DNA of 39,504 bases, taken from positions 1-39,504 of IMG/VR virus record IMGVR_UViG_3300012936_000052, one strand, 5' to 3'. Shown here in pieces: positions 1 to 9,551 of the stretch. Both the position numbers and the translations under genes were made by a program. The DNA is from a virus. Its lineage: Duplodnaviria > Caudoviricetes. Under the pieces are notes generated by a model. The model was not told the DNA's origin and searched no databases. It was given only the letters and a program-made list of their open reading frames with translations. Numbering within the stretch: the first letter of the stretch is position 1; the number at the start of each line of letters is the position of its first letter.

Positions 1-123
1 GAAGAAGCAGAGCAGGAAACCGAAGTTGTCGAGGTTGAGGAACAACAAGACGCTAAAGTTACCATTACACCTGTTGAAACTACCGTTGAAGATGCCGACG
101 ATGACGCCGACGATGACACCGAA
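1..123 (+). repeat. Terminal direct repeat (identical to 39382-39504); circular-assembly overlap
   Basis: The 123 bp GAAGAAGCAG...GACACCGAA occur at both ends and fall inside the scaffold reading frame. Confidence 0.95.
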
Positions 124-993
124 GAGGAAGAGTCTGAGGCCGTTGAAAGCTGGATGCAAGAGGAAGTAGCGACTCCTGAAGATGATGGGGATTCTGGTTT
201 TAAGCCTAATCGTGAAGCGGCGGCTGTTCGCAAGAAATTAAAAGCCAAGCTACACGAGAAAGACGATGAACTTGAATCATTAAAAGCTGAAATCGAACGT
301 TTAAAATCTGGTTCGACAACTGCACCGCAAACTGAATTGAAGCGGCCGAAGTTGGAAGACTTTGATTATGACGAAGAAGCGTACAACGCTGCGATGGATG
401 ATTACTACGATAAACGGGTTGATACTAAACTCGAATCAAAGCAATCTGTACAACAACAGCGCGAAGCGGCAGAGCGTCAAAAGAAAGCGTTAGAAGAGGC
501 GGTAGACCGTCATTACACGCGAGCGGCGAAACTGGTTGAAGAAGGCAAGGTAAGCGAAGAGAAGTACACTCAAGCAGACCGAGCAGTCAGAGAATCATTT
601 GAGCGAATCGCTAAAGGTAACGGGGATAAGATTGTTGATTCCCTTATCAAAACACTTGACTCGTTAGGTGAAGGAAGTGAGAAAGTATTTTACCAACTAG
701 GCGTTAACCCTGCGAAGATGCAAGAGGTCGCGAATTTATTTGCAACTGACCCTAGCGGATTAAGCACGGTGGCGTACTTAGGCAAACTGCAAGCTTCTAT
801 TCAATCACCTACTAAACGTAAATCGTCAGCACCTGCGCCAAGCCCTGAGTTGAAAGGCAGTGGCAGCACTAAAACACCTGGTGAGGCGTTATTGAAACGC
901 TACAAGAAAGCCGGTAACAACGTGCAAGCTCGCCTTGATATCAAGCGAGAGGCAAAGCGACAAGGTATTGATACTCGCAATTGGAGCGATTAA
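1..993 (+). CDS. Capsid scaffolding protein (P22 gp8-like); begins at GTG 39331 across the circular junction, about 347 aa
   Basis: Frame 1 is open from base 1; acidic N-terminus, coiled coils, RPKLEDFDYDEEAY motif, basic C-terminal helix; lies between portal and coat genes. Confidence 0.85.
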   Translation, partial: EEAEQETEVVEVEEQQDAKVTITPVETTVEDADDDADDDTEEEESEAVESWMQEEVATPEDDGDSGFKPNREAAAVRKKLKAKLHEKDDELESLKAEIERLKSGSTTAPQTELKRPKLEDFDYDEEAYNAAMDDYYDKRVDTKLESKQSVQQQREAAERQKKALEEAVDRHYTRAAKLVEEGKVSEEKYTQADRAVRESFERIAKGNGDKIVDSLIKTLDSLGEGSEKVFYQLGVNPAKMQEVANLFATDPSGLSTVAYLGKLQASIQSPTKRKSSAPAPSPELKGSGSTKTPGEALLKRYKKAGNNVQARLDIKREAKRQGIDTRNWSD

Positions 994-995
994 TT

Positions 996-2273
996 ATGTC
1001 TATCACGGCAAACAAAGTAGCAGAAACACTTTTCGAGCAGCAGCTTGAAACCTATGAAGACCAAACGATGCTTATCGACAAGACGCAGGTATTCACCCCT
1101 GAGGGTGGTACTATGCAAAATGCTGGTAACGTTATTTGGAGACCAAAAGAACAACACAGACCAATCATTGAGGGTTGGGATTTAACAGGACAAGAGACTG
1201 GCATTATCGAAGAGGCTTACCCGGCTTATCTTGGTACGCCTAAAAACGATTTTGTATCTGTTCGTGTTGATAACATGCGTGACAAACATTACTGGGAAGA
1301 TGCGGGTCGTACTTCTGGCCGTCAGCAAGCAACTGAACTTAATAAGTCAATTGCTAACCTGATTGCGACTAGTGGCTCATTGCATTACCGCAGTAACACT
1401 GTATCTGGCTTTGACTTCATCAGTGAAGGTCAAGCCATTATGAATGAGCGTCAAGGTAAACACACTCAGCGTTGTTTTGTACTGAATGACCGTGATACAC
1501 GTAAATTCGGTCAAGACTTGGCTGGTCGTCAGACTGTACGTGGTCGCCCTGAGGATACATGGATGACTGGTCAAATCGGCTCTAACGTTGCTGAGTTTGA
1601 TTTATACACTGGCTCATTCTTGCCTAACATCGTTGGTGGCGTAGACCCTGCAACCACTACCACAGCGGCGGCAAGCTTTAAGCCTGAAGGTGGCACAGTA
1701 GCGGCTGATAGCTATGATGTATCAAACGTTGATTACCGTAAAGCAACTATCGCGGTAACTTCATCGGCTGGTTATAACGTAGGTGACAAAATCACTATCG
1801 CTAACGGTGGTACAACTATCAAGTCAGTTGGTCTAGCTGATAAAACAAACACTGGCCAAGCAATGACATTTACTGTTGTAGCCAAACCAGATGCAACTAG
1901 CATGACTATCATGCCTAAGCCTATCGCGCTAGATGATGGCTCACTGTCTACGCTTGAGAAGTCTTACGCTAACGTTGATACTACTATCACTAGTGGCGCA
2001 ACTATCAACCGCGTAAACACTGACGCTTCAGCACGTGCTAACCTATTCTGGGATAAAGACGCGATTGAGGTTGTTGGCGGTGAAGTGCCTATGCAAATGC
2101 TTGGTGACCTAGATGGTATGAAAGTGATTTCACAGCCACTGTCCAACGGCCTTAACATGTACATGGTTTACGATGCTAACATCGCTAACCTACAACTACG
2201 TTATCGTACATTTGTATGGTACGGGTTGACCATGAAAGACCCAAGCCGTGCAGGCGTTGCAACCACTTTCTAA
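996..2273 (+). CDS. Major capsid protein, P22 coat (gp5) family
   Basis: About 425 aa; MQNAGNVIWRP, GWDLTG, LGTPKND and NLFWDKDAIE resemble P22 coat motifs; GGAG RBS at 983-986 favours ATG 996; followed by a terminator. Confidence 0.92.
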   Translation: MSITANKVAETLFEQQLETYEDQTMLIDKTQVFTPEGGTMQNAGNVIWRPKEQHRPIIEGWDLTGQETGIIEEAYPAYLGTPKNDFVSVRVDNMRDKHYWEDAGRTSGRQQATELNKSIANLIATSGSLHYRSNTVSGFDFISEGQAIMNERQGKHTQRCFVLNDRDTRKFGQDLAGRQTVRGRPEDTWMTGQIGSNVAEFDLYTGSFLPNIVGGVDPATTTTAAASFKPEGGTVAADSYDVSNVDYRKATIAVTSSAGYNVGDKITIANGGTTIKSVGLADKTNTGQAMTFTVVAKPDATSMTIMPKPIALDDGSLSTLEKSYANVDTTITSGATINRVNTDASARANLFWDKDAIEVVGGEVPMQMLGDLDGMKVISQPLSNGLNMYMVYDANIANLQLRYRTFVWYGLTMKDPSRAGVATTF

Positions 2274-2286
2274 GTGAGTAGCAGAT

Positions 2287-2318
2287 AAAAAAATCCCCGC
2301 CTAAGTGCGGGGTTTTTT
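2287..2318. terminator. Bidirectional intrinsic terminator after the coat gene
   Basis: A-run, CCCCGC-ctaagt-GCGGGG hairpin, T-run. Confidence 0.85.
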
Positions 2319-2329
2319 ATTTTCTGAAT

Positions 2330-2369
2330 AATGTAGTACACTAATAACACAAAACATATCCGACCAGTG
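2330..2369 (-). promoter_or_regulatory. FadR-like box 1 with downstream -10 (TACATT)
   Basis: Minus strand CACTGGTCGGATATGTT (2369-2353), TACATT at 2335-2330; the box also abuts the RBS of ORF 2378. Confidence 0.55.
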
Positions 2370-2377
2370 AGGTTACT

Positions 2378-2623
2378 ATGAGCGCAATCTTATACAAACG
2401 CGTTGACGGTGAAGTAAAGGAATTTCGAGTAGACGCAGTGCGCGTCCATGCATTACTTCAAGACGGTTACTTTGCAAGCCCTGAATTAGCTGATGCTGAT
2501 TCAAATGAAACGGGCAAGCTTAGCAACGAGGAAGTGCGAGAGGCAGCGAAAGAAGCTGGTATATCAAACTGGAAAACCGCCAAGATTGACACTTTGAAGA
2601 AGAAACTCAATGAGCAAGACTAA
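2378..2623 (+). CDS. Small head-region protein with a C-terminal helix-extension-helix (HeH/Rho-N-like) motif
   Basis: GAGG RBS; LSNEEVREAAKEAGI...KIDTLKKKL; position between coat and gp4. Confidence 0.6.
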   Translation: MSAILYKRVDGEVKEFRVDAVRVHALLQDGYFASPELADADSNETGKLSNEEVREAAKEAGISNWKTAKIDTLKKKLNEQD

Positions 2624-3326
2624 AGGCGAGTTAGTTGCCGCAGCCTTCCGCAAAGCGCAAATCTCAGGCATAACCACACAGCCCACAGGTGATGAGCTTG
2701 CCGGTGCTGTGGAAACGCTTGAGGACATGATGCGCGAATTGCTAAGCAAAAACGCTTGCATTAATTACGAGTACGAAGATGAGCCATGCTTAGGCACTGA
2801 CAGCAAAATAGACCCTATGTGGTATCACGCTGTACAGTCGCGTCTTGCATTGCTTCTTTGTTCTGATTACGGTATCGAGCCAAGTGCAACGTTACAGCGT
2901 CAAGCTTCACAGGCATGGTCTAGCATGATAGGCAAGAAAACACTACCGCGGCAAAACGTACAGCCGCGCACAATGCCAAGAGGTAGCGGCAATACATCGC
3001 GCTTGGGTGTTTGGTCGCGTTACTATGGCGGCGACAACAGAGCGCCGATTGATTGCGATACCATAACGCTTGATGTAGGTGAAACATACCCGTTAACGGT
3101 TGACTTTGGTATTTTCTTAACTAGCGATGAAACGATTCAGAAATTTGAAATCCAAGAGATTACAGGCGGCATCACGCAAACCAGCCAACTAACAGAGGAT
3201 TTAAAAGGCGTTGAATTGGTTGTAACGGGTGTCAGCGCTGGCACTAATTCACTTGTAGTAAAAATCACAACTTCACTTGGCAGGGTTAACCTTGAAAAAG
3301 TGTGGGTAACAGTGAGGTCTGTATAA
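2610..3326 (+). CDS. Head-to-tail connector (P22 gp4-like) with a C-terminal beta-rich extension
   Basis: TKGELVAAAFRK, LEDMM, LA..LCSDYGIEP and MPRGSGN resemble gp4; about 95 additional C-terminal residues. Confidence 0.85.
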   Translation: MSKTKGELVAAAFRKAQISGITTQPTGDELAGAVETLEDMMRELLSKNACINYEYEDEPCLGTDSKIDPMWYHAVQSRLALLLCSDYGIEPSATLQRQASQAWSSMIGKKTLPRQNVQPRTMPRGSGNTSRLGVWSRYYGGDNRAPIDCDTITLDVGETYPLTVDFGIFLTSDETIQKFEIQEITGGITQTSQLTEDLKGVELVVTGVSAGTNSLVVKITTSLGRVNLEKVWVTVRSV

Positions 3327-4718
3327 TTGATTCCACTAATCAAAGGTCAGCGCAAAAGTAAGTACGATTACCGCGACAACCTACCAGTTAACATGACAGC
3401 GGTTGTGTCACAGATTGAAGGTGATACGGGTTATCTGTTAGCGCACGACGGTTTAACCGAGTTTGCACAAACAAGTGGTATAGCGCGAGGCGGTTATTTT
3501 AACGAGCGCCTTAATAAGCATTTCCGCGTATCGGGCAACAACCTTGAAAGCGTTGCGACTGATGGCGCGGTTGAGAACCTTGGCGTTATTGACGGTCAAG
3601 GTACAGTATCGTTTGCCGAGTCATTCAACAGCCTTGCAATTGTCGCAGGTGGTAAATATTACCTCTATGACGCAGCAGGATTGCAGGAAGTCACAAGCGA
3701 AAACTTGGGTGTACCGATAGACATTACATGGTTTAGTGGCATTTACGTGATGACTGATGGCGAATACTTGTTTAACACTGACCTACAAGACGAAACTGAA
3801 ATCCGCGTATTAGATTACGTATCAAGCGAGTTTGCGTCAGACCCAATCAAGGGGCTTTTGCGCACAGACAGCAATCAGATTGTAGCGTTTAACCGCTATT
3901 CAACTGAATACTTTTACTTTAACGCTAACAGTAACGTAAATGCTTCACCGCTCCAAGTGATACCCGGTAAATCAAACCGTATTGGCATTGTTGGTACGCA
4001 CTGTAAATGCTTTCTTGATGGCGCGATATTTATCTTAGGCGGGCGCAAAGATGAAAGTCCGTCGATTCACATTTTAAATGGCGCTAACGAGGCGACCATT
4101 GCGACACGAGAAATTGATAAAATTCTAGGCGAGTACACAGAAAGCGAGCTATCAGGCGCAGTGCTAGAGGGTAGAACCGTTGACCGCGACAAGTTTTTAC
4201 TGGTTCACTTACCACGCCATACGCTCATGTACAATCACACAGTCGGGCAGCAACAAGGTATAGCGGCAGCGTGGACGTTTTTAAAGACTAATGAAAATGA
4301 CACATGGCGCGGCATCTATGGCGTGTTTGACCCGCGCATCAGCAAGTGGGTGTACGGTGACAGGCTAGAAAACAAGCTTGGCTATCTTGACCAGCAAAGT
4401 TTTTCACAGTATGACGAGGCGCAAGAGGCGCTTATCTATACGCCAATCATCCCTGCCAAGCGTGTGAGCATAAATCAGATTCAACTTGATACCATGGCGG
4501 GTTACTCTGACCCTGCAATCAGCGTTGCCATGTCTATGTCATACGATGCAGTAACATGGGGCGAGGAACATTGGACGGTGGTGAGCAAGCCTGATAACTA
4601 CAATACGAATTACATCGTTAGGCGATTGGGGTTTGTTGCTCAGTCGTTTAGTTTGCGGTTTAGGTTTATCAGTAAAGATAAAATGGCGTTTTCGGGGCTA
4701 GTGATTAATGATAGATAA
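3327..4718 (+). CDS. Tail hub / DNA stabilisation protein (P22 gp10-like)
   Basis: IPLIKG...DYRDNLPVNM start, beta-propeller-like body, WGEE and RRLG near the C-terminus; synteny; TTG start after GAGG. Confidence 0.88.
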   Translation: MIPLIKGQRKSKYDYRDNLPVNMTAVVSQIEGDTGYLLAHDGLTEFAQTSGIARGGYFNERLNKHFRVSGNNLESVATDGAVENLGVIDGQGTVSFAESFNSLAIVAGGKYYLYDAAGLQEVTSENLGVPIDITWFSGIYVMTDGEYLFNTDLQDETEIRVLDYVSSEFASDPIKGLLRTDSNQIVAFNRYSTEYFYFNANSNVNASPLQVIPGKSNRIGIVGTHCKCFLDGAIFILGGRKDESPSIHILNGANEATIATREIDKILGEYTESELSGAVLEGRTVDRDKFLLVHLPRHTLMYNHTVGQQQGIAAAWTFLKTNENDTWRGIYGVFDPRISKWVYGDRLENKLGYLDQQSFSQYDEAQEALIYTPIIPAKRVSINQIQLDTMAGYSDPAISVAMSMSYDAVTWGEEHWTVVSKPDNYNTNYIVRRLGFVAQSFSLRFRFISKDKMAFSGLVINDR

Positions 4719-5010
4719 CATCCCTTCTTCACTACAAAAGCTTATCACGCTCAGTGACATTGCAAGCGCACAGAAGCCCGTTAAAGATGAAGATTACTTT
4801 CAACTTAAGCGAGACTATCAGAATTTAGTTAATGCGGTCACAGCGTTACTTACAGCGATTAATGGGGGTGAGTTTAGTCCGATTGAAGGCAGCGGAGACC
4901 CCAACGGCGTAACAGCGGCTAACTACTCGTTACTGTACATCGATACCGATGTTAACCAACTGCACTATAACCCTACCTACGGAGAAAACACCGGATGGAT
5001 TGCGTTATAA
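4708..5010 (+). CDS. Short tail needle/plug protein (gp26 position)
   Basis: Follows gp10; short coiled segment plus GSGDPNGV...LYIDT...NTGW tip motif. Confidence 0.6.
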   Translation: MIDNIPSSLQKLITLSDIASAQKPVKDEDYFQLKRDYQNLVNAVTALLTAINGGEFSPIEGSGDPNGVTAANYSLLYIDTDVNQLHYNPTYGENTGWIAL

Positions 5011-5348
5011 TTGATAAGAGCCAATTTATAGAAGTATTTGGTCGTGAAACTGAGAAACATGCTAGTTATTATAGCTTTGGTGGTGTCGTGTTTTCTGCCG
5101 TTAAGCGTGGCGGCGCTGTTGTTACACACGTAGGCTGTAAAAGAGAAAATATGAAGAATTTACGTGAAGCGTGTAGACGGTATTGTTATTACATGCTTAA
5201 CACCTTTGAATGGTGTAAGATGGTCATAGCGACGGTTGACCTAAAACGTCAATCAGTGATTAACCTTTGCCGTAAACTTGGCTTCATCGATACGGGTGAT
5301 TTTGAGTTTGAACACGGCATAGCTAAAGTAATGGTGAAAACAAGATGA
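4995..5348 (+). CDS. P22 gp14-like (GNAT-fold) virion assembly protein
   Basis: SVINLCRKLGF motif; position between needle and ejection proteins. Confidence 0.6.
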   Translation: MDCVIIDKSQFIEVFGRETEKHASYYSFGGVVFSAVKRGGAVVTHVGCKRENMKNLREACRRYCYYMLNTFEWCKMVIATVDLKRQSVINLCRKLGFIDTGDFEFEHGIAKVMVKTR

Positions 5349-6118
5349 GTTTTGTAGGCGATATTATAGGCGATATCACAGGCGCAAACAAAGCGGCTGA
5401 TGCGTCACGGGATGCATCACAGTTAAGCGCTCAATATCAGCGCGATGCTTTGGATTACCTTAAAACCAGTCAAGCGCCATTACTGGAGGCGCAACAGTTT
5501 GGTCTGTCTGGGCTAATGGATTACTTTGGCGGTAATCAGCAAGGTTTAGTTGACCAAGCGATGCAATCGCCTTACTACCAGTCAATGCTTGCACAAGGTG
5601 AAGAAGCAACACTACGCAATGCAGCAGCGACAGGTGGCTTACGCAGCGGTACAACACAAAACGCATTGGCGGCTAATAACCAGAATGTGCTTAACAGCGC
5701 AATCGGGCAGCAGTTGGGCGGCTTGCAGACATTGGCAGGATTCCAGCCAAATACGGCAGGCGTGGCACAAGCTACGGGTAATATCGGTAATACATTAGCG
5801 CAAGGCATTACAGCAGGCGCGCAAGCACAGCAAGTAGGTATGGGGCAGTTTCTTGGTCTTGGCGGCTCAGTGCTTCAAGGTATGGCTGCGGGTGGCACTG
5901 GCTTATTCTCTGATGTTCGATTAAAAGACGACGTTAAGAAGATTGGCAAAGTTAACGGCTATAACTGGTATTCATGGAAGTGGAACGACTTGGCTGAGGG
6001 CCTTGGCCTTAAAGGTGAATCGCAAGGCGTGCTTGCACAAGAAGTTGAACAGGTTAAGCCTGAATTAATCGGTGAGTCGCAAGGATATAAAACAGTTAAC
6101 TATGCGGGGATTGTGTGA
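5345..6118 (+). CDS. DNA ejection protein (gp7-like) with a C-terminal peptidase S74 chaperone-like domain
   Basis: Gly/Ala/Gln-rich body with AAATGGLRSG; C-terminus SDVRLK...W.W...QGVLAQEV...P...VNY. Confidence 0.8.
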   Translation: MSFVGDIIGDITGANKAADASRDASQLSAQYQRDALDYLKTSQAPLLEAQQFGLSGLMDYFGGNQQGLVDQAMQSPYYQSMLAQGEEATLRNAAATGGLRSGTTQNALAANNQNVLNSAIGQQLGGLQTLAGFQPNTAGVAQATGNIGNTLAQGITAGAQAQQVGMGQFLGLGGSVLQGMAAGGTGLFSDVRLKDDVKKIGKVNGYNWYSWKWNDLAEGLGLKGESQGVLAQEVEQVKPELIGESQGYKTVNYAGIV

Positions 6119-7332
6119 TGAATGGAAATCCTTTTTACGTAGAGCCATTGGGTGGCTTGGATTTAGGCCAGACCGTTGGCGGTATCTACAACGCCTATAA
6201 TAGTCGCCAAGAAATTGACGAGCAGAAGGCCTTGCAGCAAGCGCAAAAAGATGAAATAAAAGACTTAGCCATGAGAATGCAGCAAGGCGATATAGCAGCA
6301 GGGCAAGAGTTTTACTCCAAGTACCCTGAAAGAGCCGTCATGGTTGATAAAGGCATGGGTGTTAGAGATGCTAATCAAGCTAAGCAGATTGGCGGATTCT
6401 TTGAAAGGTTAATCGCTATACCAGACTTGCAAGGAAAGCGAGACTTCCTGCAAAAAACAGCAGGTAAGACGCCATTTACAATCGATGATGATTTGCTGGC
6501 TATGGATGATGAAACGCTTCAAAACAGCATTAATATCACTGCCCCAAGGTATCTGAACAAAGAACAGATTAGTATGTTGCAGGGTAGCTCTGGCGGCTCA
6601 ACTGTTGCGCAAAAAGACTTTCAGTATTACCAAGACTTACTTAAACGTGACCCAGAAGCGGCGAAAGCTTACGGCATGTCTAAAGGCTATGTTGAAACTG
6701 GACGTGACGCAGCCCCAACGACTGCGCAGAGAGATTGGAAAGAGTACCAACGCCTTAAAAAAGAAAATCAAGAGGAAGCTAGACAATACGGTCAAGCGGC
6801 TGGTTTTGTTTCTAAAGAAGGTCGTGAACTTTCATCTGGTTTGCAAAAGCGCTTATCAGAAGCAACAGACGAAGCGGTTAAGTCTAGCGCCAATGTTGTC
6901 AAGTATAACGACTTGGCATCACAGGTGGATGATGCAGACCTTCAAGGTGGTTGGGCTGGTCAAGCTGGCGAGGTCCTCAAAAACGTTACTGGACAACAAG
7001 ACTTTAGGTCTGAGCTTCGCAAGGATTATTACGCAATTAGAGGTTCAGAGGTTGTCAATAACTTACCCCCTGGCGCCGCATCTGATGCCGATATCGCTAT
7101 GGCAATGGCTGGATTCCCAGACCAGAATGCAAACGGCCAGCAAATAGCGTCTTTCTTGCGCGGTTTAGCCAAGATTAACGAATTCCAAAAGCAGTACAAC
7201 GAATTCAAAGCTAACTACATCAGCGAGAATGGTACAGAGAGAAACATGCTAAAGGCATGGAAAGATAAAGGCGTTGAATACCAAACTCCACAGCGCACTA
7301 TTGGCAAGTATCAAGTCCAAGAGGTTAACTAA
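6115..7332 (+). CDS. DNA ejection protein (gp20 position)
   Basis: 405-aa helical protein between the gp7-like and gp16-like genes; GAASDADI motif. Confidence 0.65.
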   Translation: MMNGNPFYVEPLGGLDLGQTVGGIYNAYNSRQEIDEQKALQQAQKDEIKDLAMRMQQGDIAAGQEFYSKYPERAVMVDKGMGVRDANQAKQIGGFFERLIAIPDLQGKRDFLQKTAGKTPFTIDDDLLAMDDETLQNSINITAPRYLNKEQISMLQGSSGGSTVAQKDFQYYQDLLKRDPEAAKAYGMSKGYVETGRDAAPTTAQRDWKEYQRLKKENQEEARQYGQAAGFVSKEGRELSSGLQKRLSEATDEAVKSSANVVKYNDLASQVDDADLQGGWAGQAGEVLKNVTGQQDFRSELRKDYYAIRGSEVVNNLPPGAASDADIAMAMAGFPDQNANGQQIASFLRGLAKINEFQKQYNEFKANYISENGTERNMLKAWKDKGVEYQTPQRTIGKYQVQEVN

Positions 7333-9551
7333 TGCCTACTTATGAGATTACCGACCCAGAGACAGGAAAAAAGCTAAGACTAACAGGTGATGCTCCGCCA
7401 AGTGAGCAGGAGATTCAGCAGGTTTTTTCTGAGTATTATGGCGTTAAGGAAGTTGAGCCAGCGCCTGAACCTCAAAGAGAAGGCGGTATTTTAGAGGGCG
7501 CTGGCGAGGCTATACAATCAGTTGGTGCTAACGTGTTGGGCGCTGTTGGCGCTGGCCTTGGCGGTATTTATGAGTTAATCCGCACAGGCGACACAGAAAA
7601 AGCAGCTGAAGCAGTGCGCTTTATGCAACAAGATATAGCCGATAGATTCGCACCAGAAACGCAAACAGGCGAAAGTATACTGCAAGGCGGCATGGAGTTA
7701 GCCGAAGCAGCAGGCAGAGGAATAAAAACTGCGCCAAGCATGTTAATTGGTGGCGCTGCCATGCCTTTTGTTGGGGAAGAGGGTGCAAGAGAACTTGCTT
7801 CTGATATTCGCAATAAACAAACGGGTGGAGTTGTAGGCCAAGGTGTATTTGAAGCTACTGGCTCACCACTTCTGGCAGCTGCGGCTGAAACATTAACCCC
7901 TGACCTATCAGAGGTTGCAACGGCTGGTGCTGGTGGGATGATTGCCAGAGGCGCTAGAAACTCAGCAGCAAGGCGCACGGGCGCTAACGTAAAACAGGCA
8001 GAAATAGAAGCGGCTAGAGCAGGTGGAGCAACTACACCAGTGCAAGGAAAGCCAGCCGAATCAGCGGTGCAGCGTACTGCGCAAGCAATACAGAAAGCCA
8101 CGCCAGAAGAAGTTGCGGCATTGGTTGATTCTGACCCCAAGATTTTGCAGGCGATTGACTCGCTTGAAATAGATGCTGAGCCTATCTTTTCACAGTTAAG
8201 CAGAAACCCGCAATACCGAGAAGTTGAGGGGGGTTTGCGCGCATTGCCTGGCAGCGAATTAAACGCACAAGCTAACAGGTTCATTGAAGCGACACGAAGA
8301 AAGGCAGATGAGTTAATTGAAACCTTTGGCGGAGTTAAAGATAAGGCGCTTTTGTCTGACCAGTTCAGAGAAGATACGTTGCGCACTATCGACGACTTAG
8401 CCGAATCAGCCAACGAGGTTTATTCTCAAATTGATGCAGGCGTTAAAAAGTCGGAAACAGCGATACCAGAAAGCACGATTGATTTTCTTTACTCTAAAGC
8501 GGATGAGTTAGGCGGCATTGATAATCTGCAACCTAAATTCAAAAAACTAATCAGAGACTTAGAAGAAAATCCAACTATCGGGCTAATTGACCAGCGCCGT
8601 AAAGATATGGGGCAAGCTGCATTTAAAAACTCAGGCTTGTTTAAGGATGCAGAAGAGGGTTTTGCAAAAGCTATCTATGGTCGATTAACAGACGACATGA
8701 ATGCAATCCTTGAAAGTAAAGGGATGAAAGAGATTAGCGACTCTGGCAAGGCACTTGTAAAAGAGCGTAAATTGTTGGAGGGAAATCTTCAATCTCTGCT
8801 AGGTAAACAGTTAAGCAAGGACTTGACAACGGTTATTGGCTCAGCGACAAAAGGATTGTCACAGGGTAGGGTTAGACAATTTACCGACACTATTAACAAA
8901 ATACCCAAAGAATACCGACAAAAGGCTGTTGTTACTTCTCTAAACGACGTTTTTAGAGGCCGCGGGCAAGGTATGGACGCATTCAATGCTAACGACTACC
9001 TAAAGTTTTGGAATGAGCTGCAACGAAACCCAAGAGCGAGAACAGCGCTATTTAAAGAATTGCCCAAAGGCTCTCGCGGTGCGCTTGCAGGGCTGGCCGA
9101 GATTGCAAAAGGTATAAACCAATCAGACCGCACGGTTATCCGCACAGGTGTAATACAGTCATTCTTTGAGCCTAACACTGGATTGGTTAGCAAGATGCTT
9201 GGTAATGTTGGTAGGGGTTTAGCAGCCACAAAAGCGGGGCCAGCAGGTAGCGCGTTATATAGCGCTGTGTCTGATTTGCTTTCACAGTCTACAAGCCCAG
9301 CACAAAGGGTTGCCACATTGATTGCCACCCCGCAGTTTCAAAATACTGTTAAAATGGCGATTAACGAAAAGATTACCAATCCAGCTAAAGCGAGTGCAAA
9401 ACTAAAAGCGGCTAACGAGAAGCTAAAGCGCACTAGGCAGTATCAAGCATGGGTGGAAACATTACCCGAAGCTGATAAACTAGCAGCACAAGCTGGATTT
9501 TTAACATACCTTGCAACGGTGGGCGAATCAGAAGATGACAATACTCAATAA
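7332..9551 (+). CDS. DNA ejection/transfer protein (gp16-like)
   Basis: 739-aa Ala/Gly-rich helical protein, last of the ejection trio. Confidence 0.7.
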   Translation: MPTYEITDPETGKKLRLTGDAPPSEQEIQQVFSEYYGVKEVEPAPEPQREGGILEGAGEAIQSVGANVLGAVGAGLGGIYELIRTGDTEKAAEAVRFMQQDIADRFAPETQTGESILQGGMELAEAAGRGIKTAPSMLIGGAAMPFVGEEGARELASDIRNKQTGGVVGQGVFEATGSPLLAAAAETLTPDLSEVATAGAGGMIARGARNSAARRTGANVKQAEIEAARAGGATTPVQGKPAESAVQRTAQAIQKATPEEVAALVDSDPKILQAIDSLEIDAEPIFSQLSRNPQYREVEGGLRALPGSELNAQANRFIEATRRKADELIETFGGVKDKALLSDQFREDTLRTIDDLAESANEVYSQIDAGVKKSETAIPESTIDFLYSKADELGGIDNLQPKFKKLIRDLEENPTIGLIDQRRKDMGQAAFKNSGLFKDAEEGFAKAIYGRLTDDMNAILESKGMKEISDSGKALVKERKLLEGNLQSLLGKQLSKDLTTVIGSATKGLSQGRVRQFTDTINKIPKEYRQKAVVTSLNDVFRGRGQGMDAFNANDYLKFWNELQRNPRARTALFKELPKGSRGALAGLAEIAKGINQSDRTVIRTGVIQSFFEPNTGLVSKMLGNVGRGLAATKAGPAGSALYSAVSDLLSQSTSPAQRVATLIATPQFQNTVKMAINEKITNPAKASAKLKAANEKLKRTRQYQAWVETLPEADKLAAQAGFLTYLATVGESEDDNTQ

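Noticed and set aside
91-120. 12-bp tandem repeat GA(T/C)GCCGACGAT in the scaffold gene
   Set aside because: Ordinary low-complexity acidic linker.
1-123. Terminal repeat as a biological direct terminal repeat
   Set aside because: It falls mid-gene in the scaffold ORF and is best explained as assembler overlap of a circularly permuted genome.
8350-8366. Extra ACTGGTC boxes inside CDSs (here and near 1567)
   Set aside because: They lack the TGT half and a properly spaced -10; likely chance matches.
7568-8413. 281-aa minus-strand ORF and similar antisense or alternate-frame ORFs (6605-7147, 36002-36502, 22534-22911)
   Set aside because: Shadows of well-supported genes, with no RBS or recognisable motifs.
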